A stretch of DNA of 64,000 nucleotides from an uncultured Clostridia bacterium (GCA_947426305.1 CANEDP010000006.1:1922-65921); one strand, 5' to 3'. Shown: positions 21,501 to 30,813, numbered from the stretch's first letter. The notes: generated by a model from the sequence alone, not told the origin. Numbers and translations are program-made.

Positions 21501-23751
21501 CACTTTCACTAAATTTATTTTGTGTTCCCACTAACTCGATTTTTAATTTTACTAAATTATCTTGTGTAAAAGTTTCATAATTTGCAATTTCTAGTCCACA
21601 GCCATATATTAAATTGATTTTTTCTATATCTACTTTTGTGATATGTTTTGGAAATACTAATTGAAAAACTGGATTTTTGTAAAAGTCAGTATCTTGTTTA
21701 TCATTATTAAGAGCAATTCTAACTTCCACATTATCGTTTTTAGCTATGGTGTTTAAGTTGTTATTGGTCAAAGAAATTTCTGCAACAGTTTTGCTATCTT
21801 GCAATTTTTTAGTAGCGGCAATTTCTTCCATCGCATATCTTTCTTCATAGTTTTGATATTTTAATTCTGCTGAAACATAACTTTTTATTTCGCTAAAATT
21901 ATAAAAAGTCAACTTATCATAATTACTTTTGCCAATCGTTTTAGTAAATTCTATCGAAATATTTCCATTTACTGCTATATTTCTAAATACAACCAAAATT
22001 CCTTTTTCTTTATTCGCAAAAAGAATCTGACATTCTGACTGATTTTGCACAGATTCCTGATTTAACGTATGTAATACTTCCCCTGAAAGATTTTGGATTT
22101 CTATGCTTGCACCATTTGTTAGCATATTTTTTATTTCCTGATAATTAAATTTTACTTCGTTGTAATAAATATCTGGCGTCGCATCCAATTGGGAAGTGTT
22201 TTTGCTTACGTAAATTTCCTTGGAACTGTTAATTTTTAGTTCTTCTAATAAATCACTTGTCAAAATATTGACATTGACCGTTGTCGTAAATTCCGATTCA
22301 TATATCGCTTCTTCAAAATTGTAATTAGCATTGATTTTGGCTTTGTCCAGTCTTTCTTCTGTGGAAGCGATGTTGTAAGTAATCAAATCATTAATTTGTG
22401 TTTTAATGGTCTGCAATTGGTTGAATTCTTTGGTTGTTATTTTATTTCCATTTGAGCTATATTCTTCTACTGTTACTTTGAAATTGTTTGGTAAATTTAC
22501 ATTTTCCTCTTCTGTGTAATCATTATATCGATAAAAAATGATGTATTCATCTTCTCCCATACTTTCAATTGACTTTTCATTAGATACATGAATTGTGATT
22601 TTTTTACTTTCCGTATCGTATTTCCAATCTGACGTTCCAAATGTTACATTTCCAATATCTTCGCCTCTTGTTGCCATTAGTTTAGAGACTTGTACGTTAA
22701 CAGTTTCTGGTAATTTTCCATTATATTCTGGAACTTCTATTTCAAGTGTTGTTTCTTTTATTGGCAAATAGTTTTCGTCTTCCGTTTCTCTTTTTATTGT
22801 AATTTTATTTTCTACAAGAATTCCAGAATGTTCTCCTAACTTAAAAGGTGAAAATTGAGTATATCCTCCTTCAATTTCAAAATCTTGATGATAACTCCAT
22901 CCCACTGATAGTTTCTGCTCTGCTTCTATTTCCGTCTTTTCTAAATTAACATTAATATAACTTCCTTCTAATTTTAAATTAATTTCTTGGTACAAGTCAG
23001 ATTGATTAAATTCTTCTTTTTTGTCGTATTCAATCTCAACTTCTACGATTGTATGAAAAATCACATTTTGAATTTTAATTTCGTCGTCATTTACAATTTC
23101 TATTTCAAAATCTTTGGCCGTTAATTCTTCGTATGTTTCTTTTGTTTTTGCAGTCAAATCTTCAATCACTTGTTCTTCGTTAACTAACTCTTGCTTAATA
23201 TTTTCCCTATCACGTGATTCAGAAGATCTGCTGACAACTTGGTTTTGAATTTCGTCACTTATACTTTCTGAAATTTTGTCTGAAACTGTATTTTCTATTA
23301 CATTATTTTCTAGAATTTTATTTTCGGCTATATTCTCTGTAACCTGATTTTCTATATTTTCAGAATCTGTTTTATCTTCTTCATATTTTCCAACTTCTTC
23401 TGGCTCATCAATCATAACATTTTTAATTTTGCAAAATTTAAAATTGATATCACTTGCTTGTGAATTATTTGCAAAAATATTTCCATTTTTCAAAAAACCT
23501 TGACCAACTTCATCTGGTGACATTTCTAAAAATAATGTAGCTTTATCATTTACATTACTAATTTTCTCATTACTCTGGTCATTTTCCTTAAAATAAGCAC
23601 TAAAATTCATTTTTCCTGTCTTAAAAAAACCATTTGTAACAACCGATAATCCATCTGTCGTTGCAATTGATTCAAGCGTTTGACCCATATAAGTAAACAG
23701 AATTACAAAAATAATTAAGCTACTGATTGCTTTTTTCGACTTAAGAAACAT
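18586..23751 (-). CDS. giant cell-surface protein, A-type (1721 aa), paralog of 5905..10992
   Basis: Track ORF. Signal peptide MFLKSKKAISSLIIFVILFTYMGQ. Shared blocks with the 1695-aa protein (LPIKETTLEIEVPE vs LPIKETQVNIDVPQ; NGTNIILNLNL vs NGTNIVLNADI). SdrD-B-like segment ISGNVYADISG..YGNYSFQGLKEGEYSVVY. DUF11-like segment KIVVTNVGSVSGRATSIVDYIPNGMTF. C-terminal hydrophobic anchor plus basic tail. Confidence 0.85.
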   Translation of the reverse strand: MFLKSKKAISSLIIFVILFTYMGQTLESIATTDGLSVVTNGFFKTGKMNFSAYFKENDQSNEKISNVNDKATLFLEMSPDEVGQGFLKNGNIFANNSQASDINFKFCKIKNVMIDEPEEVGKYEEDKTDSENIENQVTENIAENKILENNVIENTVSDKISESISDEIQNQVVSRSSESRDRENIKQELVNEEQVIEDLTAKTKETYEELTAKDFEIEIVNDDEIKIQNVIFHTIVEVEIEYDKKEEFNQSDLYQEINLKLEGSYINVNLEKTEIEAEQKLSVGWSYHQDFEIEGGYTQFSPFKLGEHSGILVENKITIKRETEDENYLPIKETTLEIEVPEYNGKLPETVNVQVSKLMATRGEDIGNVTFGTSDWKYDTESKKITIHVSNEKSIESMGEDEYIIFYRYNDYTEEENVNLPNNFKVTVEEYSSNGNKITTKEFNQLQTIKTQINDLITYNIASTEERLDKAKINANYNFEEAIYESEFTTTVNVNILTSDLLEELKINSSKEIYVSKNTSQLDATPDIYYNEVKFNYQEIKNMLTNGASIEIQNLSGEVLHTLNQESVQNQSECQILFANKEKGILVVFRNIAVNGNISIEFTKTIGKSNYDKLTFYNFSEIKSYVSAELKYQNYEERYAMEEIAATKKLQDSKTVAEISLTNNNLNTIAKNDNVEVRIALNNDKQDTDFYKNPVFQLVFPKHITKVDIEKINLIYGCGLEIANYETFTQDNLVKLKIELVGTQNKFSESAITNGTNIILNLNLTLEEYTPKKQDQIKLYYYNEAVTNYKAQTKWTVNKSMPKDILKDTNGFDVAIVNLQAPSGLITSNAIVNYDGQNSKIGSINQGEKTAEIKTYANSQIVKMELVASNNTNNVCSDIVFLGKIPFEGNTSIVSKKDLGTNVTTKLLKGIQADSQNSNSATIYYSTNEKVTKDLNDSTNGWMTEVEDFSQIKSYMMVVDGNLSAGSILKFSYDFEIPEQLPYDKMFYGSFGGFYNSLSENLVSYESTEADKVGLATEKTPDYTITVKPKNDNNNICYGQIVTLEVEVKNNSKGDLKDDKLYVTIPTGTVYTQSSLYVDDLSNKIQEYIDDESVRFKEFIIEDLAIGKKKTFEFQVKVKDSQADLTTLDGYAELKGANQKYYLEARKGDIRVKANFALDMSLPTKGDEINYGISIANNTDETIRNVIMACDLPSYLEVSGVSTYERELNYSSESGRLLIDIGDIDQDGETIFLHSTIQDLPSNYLIASSKFSVWSNDSREKVYDSNELHFETGKADLDVKQTINQTEFNLGDTFEMKILITNNSSATEPITIYQNVPKYLNINDTKLICNGESKQLYSFNDVEIYKEIKGGETVEVVLTGEVNMTFELEEDYHYVSIFDVKTKSGNEKQSNPLNLVIHALQNKQEEISDNKGYSISGNVYADISGNIKSQVKVQLLKDSSMIQATTTDSYGNYSFQGLKEGEYSVVYNYDEDSYVSAPETSETVEIEEGVAVTDTIKIENNSLSNVNAGLVEKEKFDLKINQYLTNASIQIGDENEVLDFENLSLAKLEINPKDIDKAIVKLTYKIVVTNVGSVSGRATSIVDYIPNGMTFYQSENENWSAGVIKGSVYNDELKGMDIAPGESKEIMLILTKNMTEDNTGVVSNKVRIAYSESDSRLTEAVSNNFATQETILTLTQGVSYKLVSVISVSVIAMIGMFGYMISTGRIEISFNLKKGIKKIYK

Positions 23752-24284
23752 ACTTTTTCCTCTTTTCCACCTATTTTTCCTTTTATTCTATACTTAATAT
23801 TAAAGGATTTCTCTTTTTTTGTAAATAGCAAAAATTGGTATTTTATGCTATTTTAAAGCATTTTCCAAAGTAGTTGTTTTACGGAAATTAGTAGTTCACA
23901 AGGAATATTAAGTTTCTGTTAAATTTGCATTACATTTCTATTACATACTTTATTTATGGGTTATCCACAAATTTTTAAGAACTTTGAAAATTGAGGATGA
24001 GAATGGAAATGGGAATTTTAGAAATAGGGGGAAAAGTTTGGGGACGGGGACAGTCTTAAATAAAGCGAAAAGTGATGTATTAATTGATAATAAAAGGTTA
24101 GATAATATTTTTTAGGGAAATGAAAAGAAAAAATTGGGGACGGGGACACTCTTAAAAAAATATATTATTAAAATTATTTTATTAATTCTTAAAAATCTAT
24201 TTACAAATTTAATAAAAAGTTTTATAATAAACAACATTCGGGGGCTATTGGGGATATAATATTTAACACAAGAAAGGAAAATTT

Positions 24285-24797
24285 ATGCCACGAATACCAA
24301 GAAGTGATTCAAAATCCAAGTTTTTTCACACAATGGTTCAAGGAATCGAAAAAAGTATTATTTTTGATAGTCCTACCAGTATGAAAAAATATCTAAATTT
24401 AATTATATTAAACTCAACTAGATTTAATATTACAATTTTAGCATACTGTATTATGCACAATCATGCACATATTTTAATCCACACAGATTCTATTAATGAT
24501 ATGATTAAATTTTTTAGATGCGTCAATACTTCCTATGCTAAATATTTCAACTCAAAATGTCATAGGGTTGGATATGTCTTCAGAAATCGATATAAAAGTG
24601 AAGCAATTTATACTGTAAATCAGCTTTTTAATACGATAAATTACATACACAGAAATCCCATTAAAGCAAAAATTTGTAGTGAAGCAACAAACTATAAATA
24701 TTCTAGTTATAACGAATATTTTAATATGCAAAAAATAATTGATAAAAAATTATTAAAAAAATATTTTAAATCAAATTCCATTTTTAAAATAGAATAA
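24285..24797 (+). CDS. REP-associated tyrosine transposase (IS200/IS605-like Y1 HUH transposase, RAYT)
   Basis: 170 aa. FFHTMVQGIEKSIIFDS N-terminal block. HUH motif in CIMHNHAHILIH. GYVFRNRYKSEAI. Catalytic-Tyr block INYIHRNPIKAKI. Confidence 0.8.
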   Translation: MPRIPRSDSKSKFFHTMVQGIEKSIIFDSPTSMKKYLNLIILNSTRFNITILAYCIMHNHAHILIHTDSINDMIKFFRCVNTSYAKYFNSKCHRVGYVFRNRYKSEAIYTVNQLFNTINYIHRNPIKAKICSEATNYKYSSYNEYFNMQKIIDKKLLKKYFKSNSIFKIE

Positions 24798-24807
24798 TTA
24801 ATATAAA

Positions 24808-24846
24808 AAAAAATATTTCTCACCATAGAAATATTTTTTTTACTTT
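24808..24846 (+). terminator. terminator after RAYT gene
   Basis: AAATATTTCT-caccat-AGAAATATTT hairpin followed by a T-run. Confidence 0.7.
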
Positions 24847-25095
24847 TTTCAAGAGTGTCCCCGTCCCCAATTTCTTCTTTTTATTTCCCTAAAAAATATT
24901 ATCTAGCCTTTTATTATCAATTAATACCTCATTTTTCACTTTATTCAAGACTGTCCCCGTCCCCCGAATTTCCCTCCTCATTATTCCTAACTCTTTCTCA
25001 CATTTTCTTTTAAATTTCTTTTTAAAAATCAGTTACTTTTTCTTTTTCTCTTGCATATACTGTTATAAAGTATTCTTATCAAGGAGGCGTTTTTA

Positions 25096-25236
25096 TTGAA
25101 TAATAATATGGATATTAATAAATTACTTTCTGTTCTTTCAAAAATGGATAAAGCAGAACTAGAAAAAAATATTTATCGTGCTCAACAAATTTTAAACAAT
25201 TCTGACATAAAAAAAGAGTTTGATAAAAAAGATTAA
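25096..25236 (+). CDS. small hypothetical protein (46 aa, TTG start)
   Basis: AAGGAGG SD 9 nt upstream of TTG. Product (M)NNNMDINKLLSVLSKMDKAELEKNIYRAQQILNNSDIKKEFDKKD. Below the track's size cut-off. Confidence 0.35.
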   Translation: MNNNMDINKLLSVLSKMDKAELEKNIYRAQQILNNSDIKKEFDKKD

Positions 25237-25266
25237 ACTAGCAGAAAGGGGCATTTACATTAGTAT

Positions 25267-25653
25267 ATGAATGAAGATTTTTCTAACATTTTAAATAATT
25301 TTTCGGAAATTTTAAAAGAAAAAGACATCGACCTAAACAACTTATTAGGCGGAGAAAATCCGCCTAATGATGACAAGTCTAGCGATGATTTTTCTTTTGA
25401 TATTAACACAATTCTGAAAATCAAAAATATCATGAGCAGTATGAACAATCAAAATGGACCTAGAAATCAGTTGCTTAAATCTTTGAAGCCTTATTTAGAA
25501 GACACCAAAAAAGAAAAACTAGAACAATATATGAAGATTGCTAATCTTCTATCTGTTCTAGATTCTTTGGATGAAAAACATTCTTTTCAGTTCCTAAAGG
25601 ATTCTAATTATGATTTTATTTTAATGCTAATTTTATTTTTGCTAATTTTTTAA
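25267..25653 (+). CDS. hypothetical protein (128 aa), acidic with hydrophobic C-terminus
   Basis: Track ORF; no family recognised. Confidence 0.5.
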   Translation: MNEDFSNILNNFSEILKEKDIDLNNLLGGENPPNDDKSSDDFSFDINTILKIKNIMSSMNNQNGPRNQLLKSLKPYLEDTKKEKLEQYMKIANLLSVLDSLDEKHSFQFLKDSNYDFILMLILFLLIF

Positions 25654-26253
25654 CAATCCAATATTATCATTTTTAATGCCGAAAATTGGACATCTTTCTT
25701 CCTTTTCAACAACTTCTTTTACTAAATTCGATATTCTAATTTGAGTTGTTTCAATTGTGTTAGCTGCAATAATTGCCTTGTTATTACCGTTTGCTCCTGC
25801 GTGTGCAACACCTCTCAAGGTTCCTAAAATAATAATATTTCCACCTGCAACTACTTCTGCACCAGAATTGACATCACCACAAATAACCAAACTTCCAACG
25901 TATTCCTCTTTCGTTCCTGAACGAATGGAATTGTAGACATATTTTGTTTCTGAAATTTCTGTTTCGGCTTCAAATGTTTTCTTGATAGCGTGTAAGCCCA
26001 AAAGGTCAGATGGTTCATCAAATTTGACTTGCACATCAATTTCTTCAACAATCATTTGAGCGATTTTTTTTCGTTCTGTTTCTGTGAATAATTTTCCCGC
26101 TACCCTAATTGGAACATTTGAATTTTTGTAAAATTCCTTTAACTTAGGTAATTTTTCTTGTAATTCTTCAAATATTTCTGTATTATCGGTTTGTACATTG
26201 ACATTTAAAACAATTTCTTCTGTTGTTTGTTTAATTCTTATATTGTTTAACAT
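25642..26253 (-). CDS. minC: septum site-determining protein MinC
   Basis: C-terminal beta-helix signature GDVNSGAEVVAGGNIIILGTLRGVAHAGANG. SD AAAGGAGG upstream. Confidence 0.85.
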   Translation of the reverse strand: MLNNIRIKQTTEEIVLNVNVQTDNTEIFEELQEKLPKLKEFYKNSNVPIRVAGKLFTETERKKIAQMIVEEIDVQVKFDEPSDLLGLHAIKKTFEAETEISETKYVYNSIRSGTKEEYVGSLVICGDVNSGAEVVAGGNIIILGTLRGVAHAGANGNNKAIIAANTIETTQIRISNLVKEVVEKEERCPIFGIKNDNIGLLKN

Positions 26254-26301
26254 TTACATCCTCCTTTTTGGTTAAGCGGTTCAAGAACGCGCTACTAGAT
26301 T

Positions 26302-28389
26302 TTAAGTGAAACGCTCAGTTTCATTTTCTGCCTCCATCTTTTCTGATATTTGTTTCACATTCATACCAAAATATTCTGCAATAATTTCTTTTACTACCTC
26401 TGCTGTATAATAGCCATGTCCACCGTTTTCTACGATAATAACAACCGCAATTTCTGGATCTTCAAATGGAGCAAATCCTACAAACCAAGAATTTACATCG
26501 CCTGTATTTACTTCTGCTGAACCTGTTTTTCCTCCAACGGAAATATCAAAATCAGCAAATATCGAACGCGCCGTTCCACTTTCTCCTTCTGTAACAGCTC
26601 TCATTCCTTCTAAAACAGCTCTCATAGTATCTGGGTTGATTTGTAAATCTTCTGTGCCATCTGGCTCAATGCCTAATTTTTGATTGGTAAATTGCCTGAT
26701 TTCTGAATCTGGAATCTGGGTTCCATCTGATTTAATTACACTTTTCACAATGCTTAAGTCAATTTTATGTCCACCATTGGCAACCATAGAAATATATTTT
26801 GCCATTTGGACTGGCGTAAAGTTGTTATAACCTTGACCAATAGATGCCGATAAGGTATCTCCTATCATCCAAGGCGTTCCCTTACTTTCTGTAATACTTC
26901 GATTCGCTACTGTTCCTGCTCTTTCATTGTATAACTCAATTCCTGTTTTTTGCCCTAAACCAAAATATCTTGTATATTTTTCCAAATTGTCAATTCCCAT
27001 TCGCTTACTTACTTCATAGAAAAAATAGTTACACGATTTTTCAATCGCACCAACTACATTTAGCGGTCCATGCCCTCTTTTATAACTATTCCAATACCAA
27101 CACGCTGGGTGATTAGCTGCGGGATATGGTCCATTGTCATTAATTTTTTCTACAGTGTTGGTTACACCTGTTTCCAACGCCGCAATTGCTGTAACCATTT
27201 TAAACGTGGAACCTGGTGCATAAGCACTTGATATGGTTCGATTATTCAATGGTTTTAACGGATTATTTCTATATTCGTCGTATTTTTCTTGTTTAATTCC
27301 ATTATAAAATAGTGCTGGCTCGTAGTCTGGATTGCTTGCCATTGCTAAGATTTCTCCCGTTTTTACATTAGTAACAACCACCGCACCACCTTTTGCATCA
27401 TACCTTTCCGAAAAACCACCTGATTTTATTTTCTGAATATTAGCAGAAAGTGCATTTTCTGTGATTTGTTGTAAGTTGGAATCAATGGTTAGTACAACGT
27501 CTGAACCGCCGATGGCTTCTTTGGAAGTATATTCTCCTGTAATGGTTCCATCAACTGACATATCGATTTGTTTTTCACCATCTTCACCTCTTAGATATTC
27601 TTCGAATACCTTTTCGATACCCGTTTTTCCGATTTTGTCTGTAGTTTTATAGGCATAATCATCACCATTTTCTTCCAATTCTTCCAAATCCTCTTTGCCA
27701 ATTCTTCCCATATATCCTACAATATGGGACGCCATGCTTCCAACATGATACTTTCTAACTGGCTCGATAACAATATTAACCCCTGTCAACTCTTCGCTTC
27801 TTTCTTGTAATTGAATAGCACTTTCTCTTGAAATTTTATTTGAAATACTAATGGATTTGGTTGTGGAATATCCTGTTGTGGAGATTCCATATCGGATAGC
27901 TAGAATTCTTCTGATGTCATTTATGTCATCTGTTTTGATTTTATATTTATCGCGCATTAAATAAAATGCCTCTTCTGCTGATGCAGTTTCTGGAATTTTA
28001 TATTTTTTTAACCATTCTTTTAACTTTTCATCTGATTCGAAATTGTATTGAAATGGATTGATGCTGATTGGAAAATCGTCGATATAGCTATCGCCATTAC
28101 TTTCGAGAATCGTAGTCATCCATAGAATGGATTGGTTAAGTTGTTCGTCGTCTACTTTAGTTTTGTACATTTCAATGGAAAAATCCATGTCTGTACTGAC
28201 CAATGTGTTTCCGTAGCGATCTACAATATTTCCTCTTGCTGCTTCTATTGTGGCTTTTCTGGATAATCTTGTATTGGAATTTTCGCGATATTCTTGTCCA
28301 TTAACAATTTGAATATTAAATAATGTAATTAATATGACAACTCCTATCACATACACTAAAATCGATAGAACATTATATCGAAAATTCAA
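26302..28389 (-). CDS. penicillin-binding protein 2 (peptidoglycan D,D-transpeptidase)
   Basis: 695 aa. N-terminal TM. Transpeptidase motifs STFK and KTGSAE. Lies in an mreCD context. TTG start without an obvious SD, so the start is uncertain. Confidence 0.85.
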   Translation of the reverse strand: MNFRYNVLSILVYVIGVVILITLFNIQIVNGQEYRENSNTRLSRKATIEAARGNIVDRYGNTLVSTDMDFSIEMYKTKVDDEQLNQSILWMTTILESNGDSYIDDFPISINPFQYNFESDEKLKEWLKKYKIPETASAEEAFYLMRDKYKIKTDDINDIRRILAIRYGISTTGYSTTKSISISNKISRESAIQLQERSEELTGVNIVIEPVRKYHVGSMASHIVGYMGRIGKEDLEELEENGDDYAYKTTDKIGKTGIEKVFEEYLRGEDGEKQIDMSVDGTITGEYTSKEAIGGSDVVLTIDSNLQQITENALSANIQKIKSGGFSERYDAKGGAVVVTNVKTGEILAMASNPDYEPALFYNGIKQEKYDEYRNNPLKPLNNRTISSAYAPGSTFKMVTAIAALETGVTNTVEKINDNGPYPAANHPACWYWNSYKRGHGPLNVVGAIEKSCNYFFYEVSKRMGIDNLEKYTRYFGLGQKTGIELYNERAGTVANRSITESKGTPWMIGDTLSASIGQGYNNFTPVQMAKYISMVANGGHKIDLSIVKSVIKSDGTQIPDSEIRQFTNQKLGIEPDGTEDLQINPDTMRAVLEGMRAVTEGESGTARSIFADFDISVGGKTGSAEVNTGDVNSWFVGFAPFEDPEIAVVIIVENGGHGYYTAEVVKEIIAEYFGMNVKQISEKMEAENETERFT

Positions 28390-28450
28390 TTTTTTAAGTT
28401 CGTTATTCGGTTTCGTTTATCTCACCTTCCTATCTTGCTTATATGAAATT

Positions 28451-28984
28451 CTAAAAATATCTTGTTAAGATATTGTTTCTTTTGAATGCTCTATCCATTG
28501 TATATCCTGCTTTTTGAATGAGTGGATAAAAAATGATGACTAGTAAAATATTGTATATAACCTCGATTGCTAATATTTTTACAAAGTAAAGCATTTCCAA
28601 ATCAAATCCTATGATAACAGAACTTAAAAAATAATATCCCAATTCAAATAAAATTGTAGCCAATGCTGACATAATGATAATGGTTATTTTATTTTCTTTG
28701 GAAAAATTCCTGTCAAAATAGGCGCCTAAATATCCGATTATGCATAACATAACAGCAGTTATACCAATTGTTTTGCTATAGACAAAATCAATCATTAAAC
28801 CTGAAATTGTGCCAAATAAAATTCCAACTGTCGCATTGGAGGATAAACCAATAACTAATATGAAAATAACAAATAAATTGGGCATAATTCCTGCTATTGT
28901 AAACATTTGGAAAAAGTTGGCTTGTAGATAAAATACAATGAAAAATGTTAAAATTAATAATAGGATTACGGTTGTTTTTTTCAT
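28451..28984 (-). CDS. mreD: rod shape-determining protein MreD
   Basis: Polytopic membrane protein directly after mreC. Start moved to ATG 28984 (MKKTTVILLL), preceded by AGGAGG. Confidence 0.75.
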   Translation of the reverse strand: MKKTTVILLLILTFFIVFYLQANFFQMFTIAGIMPNLFVIFILVIGLSSNATVGILFGTISGLMIDFVYSKTIGITAVMLCIIGYLGAYFDRNFSKENKITIIIMSALATILFELGYYFLSSVIIGFDLEMLYFVKILAIEVIYNILLVIIFYPLIQKAGYTMDRAFKRNNILTRYF

Positions 28985-29070
28985 GTTTTCCTCCTGATTA
29001 ATTTTTTTGTTTTGGACACAATCGACTTTGTGTAATGGGCAGTTCAAGACCTTAGCCCTACAATTATGTT

Positions 29071-29886
29071 TTAATTATTGATAACCAAAACGGTATCTAC
29101 CATTGAAAAATCTACTGCTGGTTTGATTTTTGCATAACGATCTGTAATATTGCTGGTTGTTATGATTTCTTCAATTGTGCCGATTAAAATTCCCTTTCGG
29201 TAAATTCCACCTAAACCAGAGGTGTATACATTGTCTCCTTGAATTAATTCGGCATCGGTTGGAATATAAGATGCTCGCAAAATTTGGTTGTTGTCTATGG
29301 TTCCTTTGCAAATGATACTTTTTTCAGTTGTGCTGATATTGCAACTTACTGTACTTGCAGCATCTACGATGACTTGCACTTTGGCTGTGTGATCTGTGGC
29401 AGATATGATGTGCCCCACTAAACCTTTGTCCGCAATAACTGTCATATTTACATCTACACCATCTGCTTTTCCTACGTTAATAACTAAATCACTACTATAA
29501 TTGCTTATGTCTTTGTTGATGACGTAAGCTGGAATAGTGTTGTAATCTGCGTATTTTTGCGTCAAATTCATGTATTCTTGCAAGGTAACATTGTCTGCCT
29601 TGATGCTTTCGAGTTCTCTTAGCTCTGTTTCTAGTTTGCTGTTGGTTTCTTTTAGTTCTCGGTTTTCTGCCTGAAGCGTTTCAAGTTCGGTAAAATAGGC
29701 AGAATTTCCTTGAATTTTGTATTTTAAATCTGTAAAAATTCGCTGAATTGGCGTAACAATCGAACTGACTGCGCTTTCGATAAAAGATAATTTATCAATT
29801 TGAACATTGGAAAGAAATATTAAAAGAATTAATAAAATTAAGGTTAATATTCCACCTAATATATTCGATTGCTTATTTCTGTTCAT
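29071..29886 (-). CDS. mreC: rod shape-determining protein MreC
   Basis: TM, then coiled coil (LQAENRELKETNSKLETELRELE), then beta domain with GLVGHI and TSGLGGIYRKGILIG. Confidence 0.85.
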   Translation of the reverse strand: MNRNKQSNILGGILTLILLILLIFLSNVQIDKLSFIESAVSSIVTPIQRIFTDLKYKIQGNSAYFTELETLQAENRELKETNSKLETELRELESIKADNVTLQEYMNLTQKYADYNTIPAYVINKDISNYSSDLVINVGKADGVDVNMTVIADKGLVGHIISATDHTAKVQVIVDAASTVSCNISTTEKSIICKGTIDNNQILRASYIPTDAELIQGDNVYTSGLGGIYRKGILIGTIEEIITTSNITDRYAKIKPAVDFSMVDTVLVINN

Positions 29887-29911
29887 GTTTTCATTCCTTT
29901 CTCACTTAAAT

Positions 29912-30592
29912 TTACATGGCACTATGATATTCTCCATCGCCTATAACAATATGATCCAACAACTGAATTCCCATTAATTCGCAAGATTCTCGCACACGAT
30001 GCGTTGCTTCGATATCTTCTTTACTAGGCGCAGAACTTCCACTAGGATGATTGTGTACTAAAACAATTTTAGGTATTTGCAATTTGATTGGTTCTGAGAG
30101 AATTTGCTTAATGTCAAAAATCAAAGTATTGTCTTTTCCACTTGCAATATCAATTATTTTTTGTACAATATTTTTATTGTTTAATAAAATTAGTTTTAAC
30201 TTTTCCTTTTTTTCGTATCTTAATTCTTGCATAAATAAATTTGCCACATCTGATTTGGTTCTGATACAAATTTTTTCTAAATTGATTGGTTTAGTCATTC
30301 GCTTAGCAATTTCCCCAGTTGCTTTTAACTCAATGGCTTTGACTTTTCCAATTCCATTAATCTTCATAAGTTCATTCACCGGAATTTCTTGAAGAAATCT
30401 CAAATCATTATGATTTTCATCTGAACCTAAACTTATGACTTGTCTTGCTAAATCCAAAGCTGTTTTTTCTTTCGTTCCTGTTTTTATAATAATTGCCAAT
30501 AATTCGCTATTGCTTAACATTTCTTCTCCATAAAGAAGTAATTTTTCATAGGGTCTTTCTGACATCGGCAATAAATTCATTTTGGTTGACAT
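29912..30592 (-). CDS. radC: RadC-family JAB-domain protein
   Basis: HhH region GIGKVKAIELKA and JAMM motif VLVHNHPSGSSAPSKEDIEAT. Confidence 0.85.
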   Translation of the reverse strand: MSTKMNLLPMSERPYEKLLLYGEEMLSNSELLAIIIKTGTKEKTALDLARQVISLGSDENHNDLRFLQEIPVNELMKINGIGKVKAIELKATGEIAKRMTKPINLEKICIRTKSDVANLFMQELRYEKKEKLKLILLNNKNIVQKIIDIASGKDNTLIFDIKQILSEPIKLQIPKIVLVHNHPSGSSAPSKEDIEATHRVRESCELMGIQLLDHIVIGDGEYHSAM

Positions 30593-30813
30593 TACTATCC
30601 TTTCTGTTCATTTTTTGCCCCCAAGAATAGAATGACTATTATCTATTATACATTGTAAATCCAAATTTTTCAAGTAATTTTAGTACATTTTTCAAGATTT
30701 GTTAATATAATTAGAAGAAGTTACTATTTATAAATCACCATTTTTTCCAGAAATTTAGTATTTACTTTCATTTTAAACGTAGTATAATTAAATTATGTTT
30801 AGGAGGTTGCCTT

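Larger units (their letters stand above)
24040..24964 (+). mobile_element. RAYT-type element: Y1 (HUH) transposase gene bounded by 114-bp inverted ends, each carrying two GGGGACGGGGACA(G/C)TCTT REP motifs
   Basis: Left arm 24040..24153 and the reverse complement of right arm 24851..24964 align almost base for base by eye. REP motifs at 24040, 24136 (forward) and 24851, 24947 (reverse). Confidence 0.8.

Noticed and set aside
1283-23700. Numerous 60-125-aa plus-strand ORFs from the track inside the giant minus-strand genes (for example 3669..4010, 10784..11074, 13345..13623).
   Set aside because: They are hydrophobic and low-complexity, typical antisense shadows of Asp/Glu/Lys/Asn-rich genes. 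They have no SD and are fully contained in long conserved minus-strand frames.
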